Part shown: piece after piece, positions 63,001 through 64,000 of the stretch | Numbering within the stretch: position 1 is the stretch's first letter | Layout: each line of letters starts with the position of its first letter | Assembly: GCA_964016885.1 (NCBI GenBank) | Contig: OZ024742.1 | Coordinates: forward strand, 166,098,001 to 166,162,000 | Length of the DNA stretch: 64,000 nucleotides | From: Eledone cirrhosa | Lineage: Eukaryota | Reading direction: 5' to 3' | Notes under the pieces: model-generated | Seen by the model: only the letters and a program-made list of their open reading frames with translations | Told to the model about the DNA's origin: nothing | Databases searched by the model: none | Program-made: the position numbers and the translations under genes

Positions 63001-64000
63001 AAAAAATCAAGGGGAGATAATTTGTAAAAAAAAATCAGGGGGAGATAATTTGTAAAAAAAAATCAGGGGGAGATAATTTGTAAATAAAATTAAGGGGAGA
63101 TAATTTGTAAAAAAAAATCAAGGGGAGATAATTTCCAGCCGTCCAAGGAGAGGTAATTTCTAGACGTCCAAGGGGAGATAATTTCCAGCCGTCCAAGGGG
63201 AGATAATTTCCAGCCGTCCAAGGGTAGATAATATCCAGCCGTCCAAGGAGACATAGTTTCCAGCTTTCCAAGGAGAGGTAATTTCTAGCCGTCCAAGGGG
63301 AGATAAATTCCAGCCTCCAAGGGGAGATAATTTCCAGCCAGCCAAGGGGAGATAATTTGTAAAAAAAATCAGGGGGAGATAATTTGTAAAAAAAATCAGG
63401 GGGAGATAATTTGTAAAAAAAATCAGGGGGAGATAATTTCCAGCCGTCCAAGGGGAGATAATTTTCAGCCGTCCAAGGGGAGATAATTTCCCGCCAGCCA
63501 AGGGAAGATAATATTTAAAAAATGAGGCGGAGATAATTTGTAAAAAAAATCAGGGGGAGATAATTTGTAAAAAAATCAGGGGGAGATAATTTGTAAAAAA
63601 AAAATCAGGGGGAGATAATTTGTAAAAAAAATCAGGGGGAGATAATTTGTAAAAAAAATCAGGGGTAGATAATTTTTAAAAAAAAATCAGGGGGAGATAA
63701 TTTGTAAAAAAAATCAGGGGGAGATAATTTATAAAAAAAATCAAGGGGAGATAATTTCCAGCCGTCCAAGGGAAGATAATTTCAAGCCCTCCAAGGGGCT
63801 ATAATTTCCAGTGTCCAAGGGGAGATAATTTCCAGCCAGCGAAGGGGAGATAATTTTTTTTTAAAAATCAGGGGGAGATTTGTAAAAAAAATCAGGGGGA
63901 GATAATTTGTAAAAAAAATCAAAGGGAGATAATTTCCAGCCGTCCAAAGAGATAATTTCTAGCCGTCCAAGGGGAGATAATTTCGAGCCAAGGGGAGATA
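55074..64000 (+). repeat. ~9-kb dispersed sibling copy of 24580-33532 (offset ~30.5 kb)
   Basis: ORF offsets: 24633/55127 and 25980/56474 (30494); 27344/57839 and 28321/58816 (30495); 29353/59821, 30591/61059 and 32567/63035 (30468, one 27-bp monomer fewer). Colinearity continues to the window end. Confidence 0.88.

Larger units (their letters stand above)
1..64000 (+). repeat. Composite two-monomer satellite DNA array (25-bp type A + 26-29-bp type B), running off both window edges
   Basis: The core GGGGAGATAATTT, or a 1-3 nt variant, recurs every 21-30 bp from base 1 to base 64000, always in the same orientation. It is followed by CCAGCCGTCCAA (A) or GT(A)7-10TCA (B). No non-repeat sequence was seen. 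Confidence 0.99.

Noticed and set aside
104-63501. The many short minus-strand ORFs (60-266 aa; motifs LDGWKLSPLGRLEIISPWTAGNYLP and FFYKLSPPD)
   Set aside because: They are translations of the satellite. The reverse complement of monomer A has no stop in any frame and B has TGA in only one, whereas the + strand has TAA in nearly every monomer. The 25-bp period cycles through all frames, ORFs overlap in several frames, starts are mostly TTG from CCAA/TCAA, and A-tract length changes shift frame freely. I see no sign of coding constraint.
1-64000. CRISPR-like array (constant repeat plus variable spacer)
   Set aside because: The constant part is only ~13-16 bp and the intervening 9-15 bp come in just two recurrent types rather than unique 25-45-bp spacers. 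There is no leader and no cas gene.
1-64000. Telomeric repeat or telomerase product
   Set aside because: Although one strand has G runs, the two monomer types, fixed variant cassettes and kb-scale duplications point to recombinational amplification rather than templated addition of one unit. A subtelomeric location cannot be excluded.
1-64000. Canonical G-quadruplex array
   Set aside because: G4-5 runs are separated by ~21-24 nt, far beyond the usual loops of 1-7 (up to ~12) nt. Stable intramolecular G4 is not supported without experiment.
1-64000. Plasmid iterons, integron attC array or diversity-generating cassette array
   Set aside because: There is no rep, integrase, reverse transcriptase or any other gene, and no unique cassettes. 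The scale (thousands of units) is far beyond such elements.
1-64000. A/B order as an information-bearing digital code
   Set aside because: The order is accounted for by nested duplication of a limited set of cassettes. Nothing in the window indicates a reader, so a coding interpretation is unsupported.
1-64000. Whole array as a sequencing or assembly artefact
   Set aside because: Hierarchically shared variants, reproducible homopolymer lengths and copy-specific SNVs are what real satellite evolution produces. Individual duplications could still be misassembled and need read support.

Overview
The whole 64-kb window is one uninterrupted, head-to-tail, single-orientation tandem-repeat (satellite) array. 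I see no genes, RNA genes, transposons, CRISPR array or unique sequence. It is built from about 2,400-2,500 short monomers (64,000 / ~26 bp) of two kinds that share the core CA(A/G)GGGGAGATAATTT. Type A is GGGGAGATAATTTCCAGCCGTCCAA (25 bp, 52% GC). Type B is GGGGGAGATAATTTGT(A)7-10TCA (26-29 bp, ~30% GC). A and B occur in alternating blocks joined by stereotyped junction monomers. Variant monomers form fixed cassettes of 100-225 bp. The cassettes form an ~8.5-kb cyclic higher-order order, which has been re-cut into near-identical duplications of 0.2, 1.9, ~4.0, ~4.2, 8.3 and 8.6 kb, plus a sibling ~9-kb copy 30.5 kb away. All listed ORFs are by-products of the repeat. The organisation is most consistent with eukaryotic satellite heterochromatin (centromeric, pericentromeric or subtelomeric), but I cannot identify the organism or a named satellite family from the sequence. 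I found no evidence of a new gene system; what is interesting here is the repeat architecture and its mutational history. Offsets were derived by hand from the ORF track and rare marker variants, so breakpoints are approximate (about one or two monomers).
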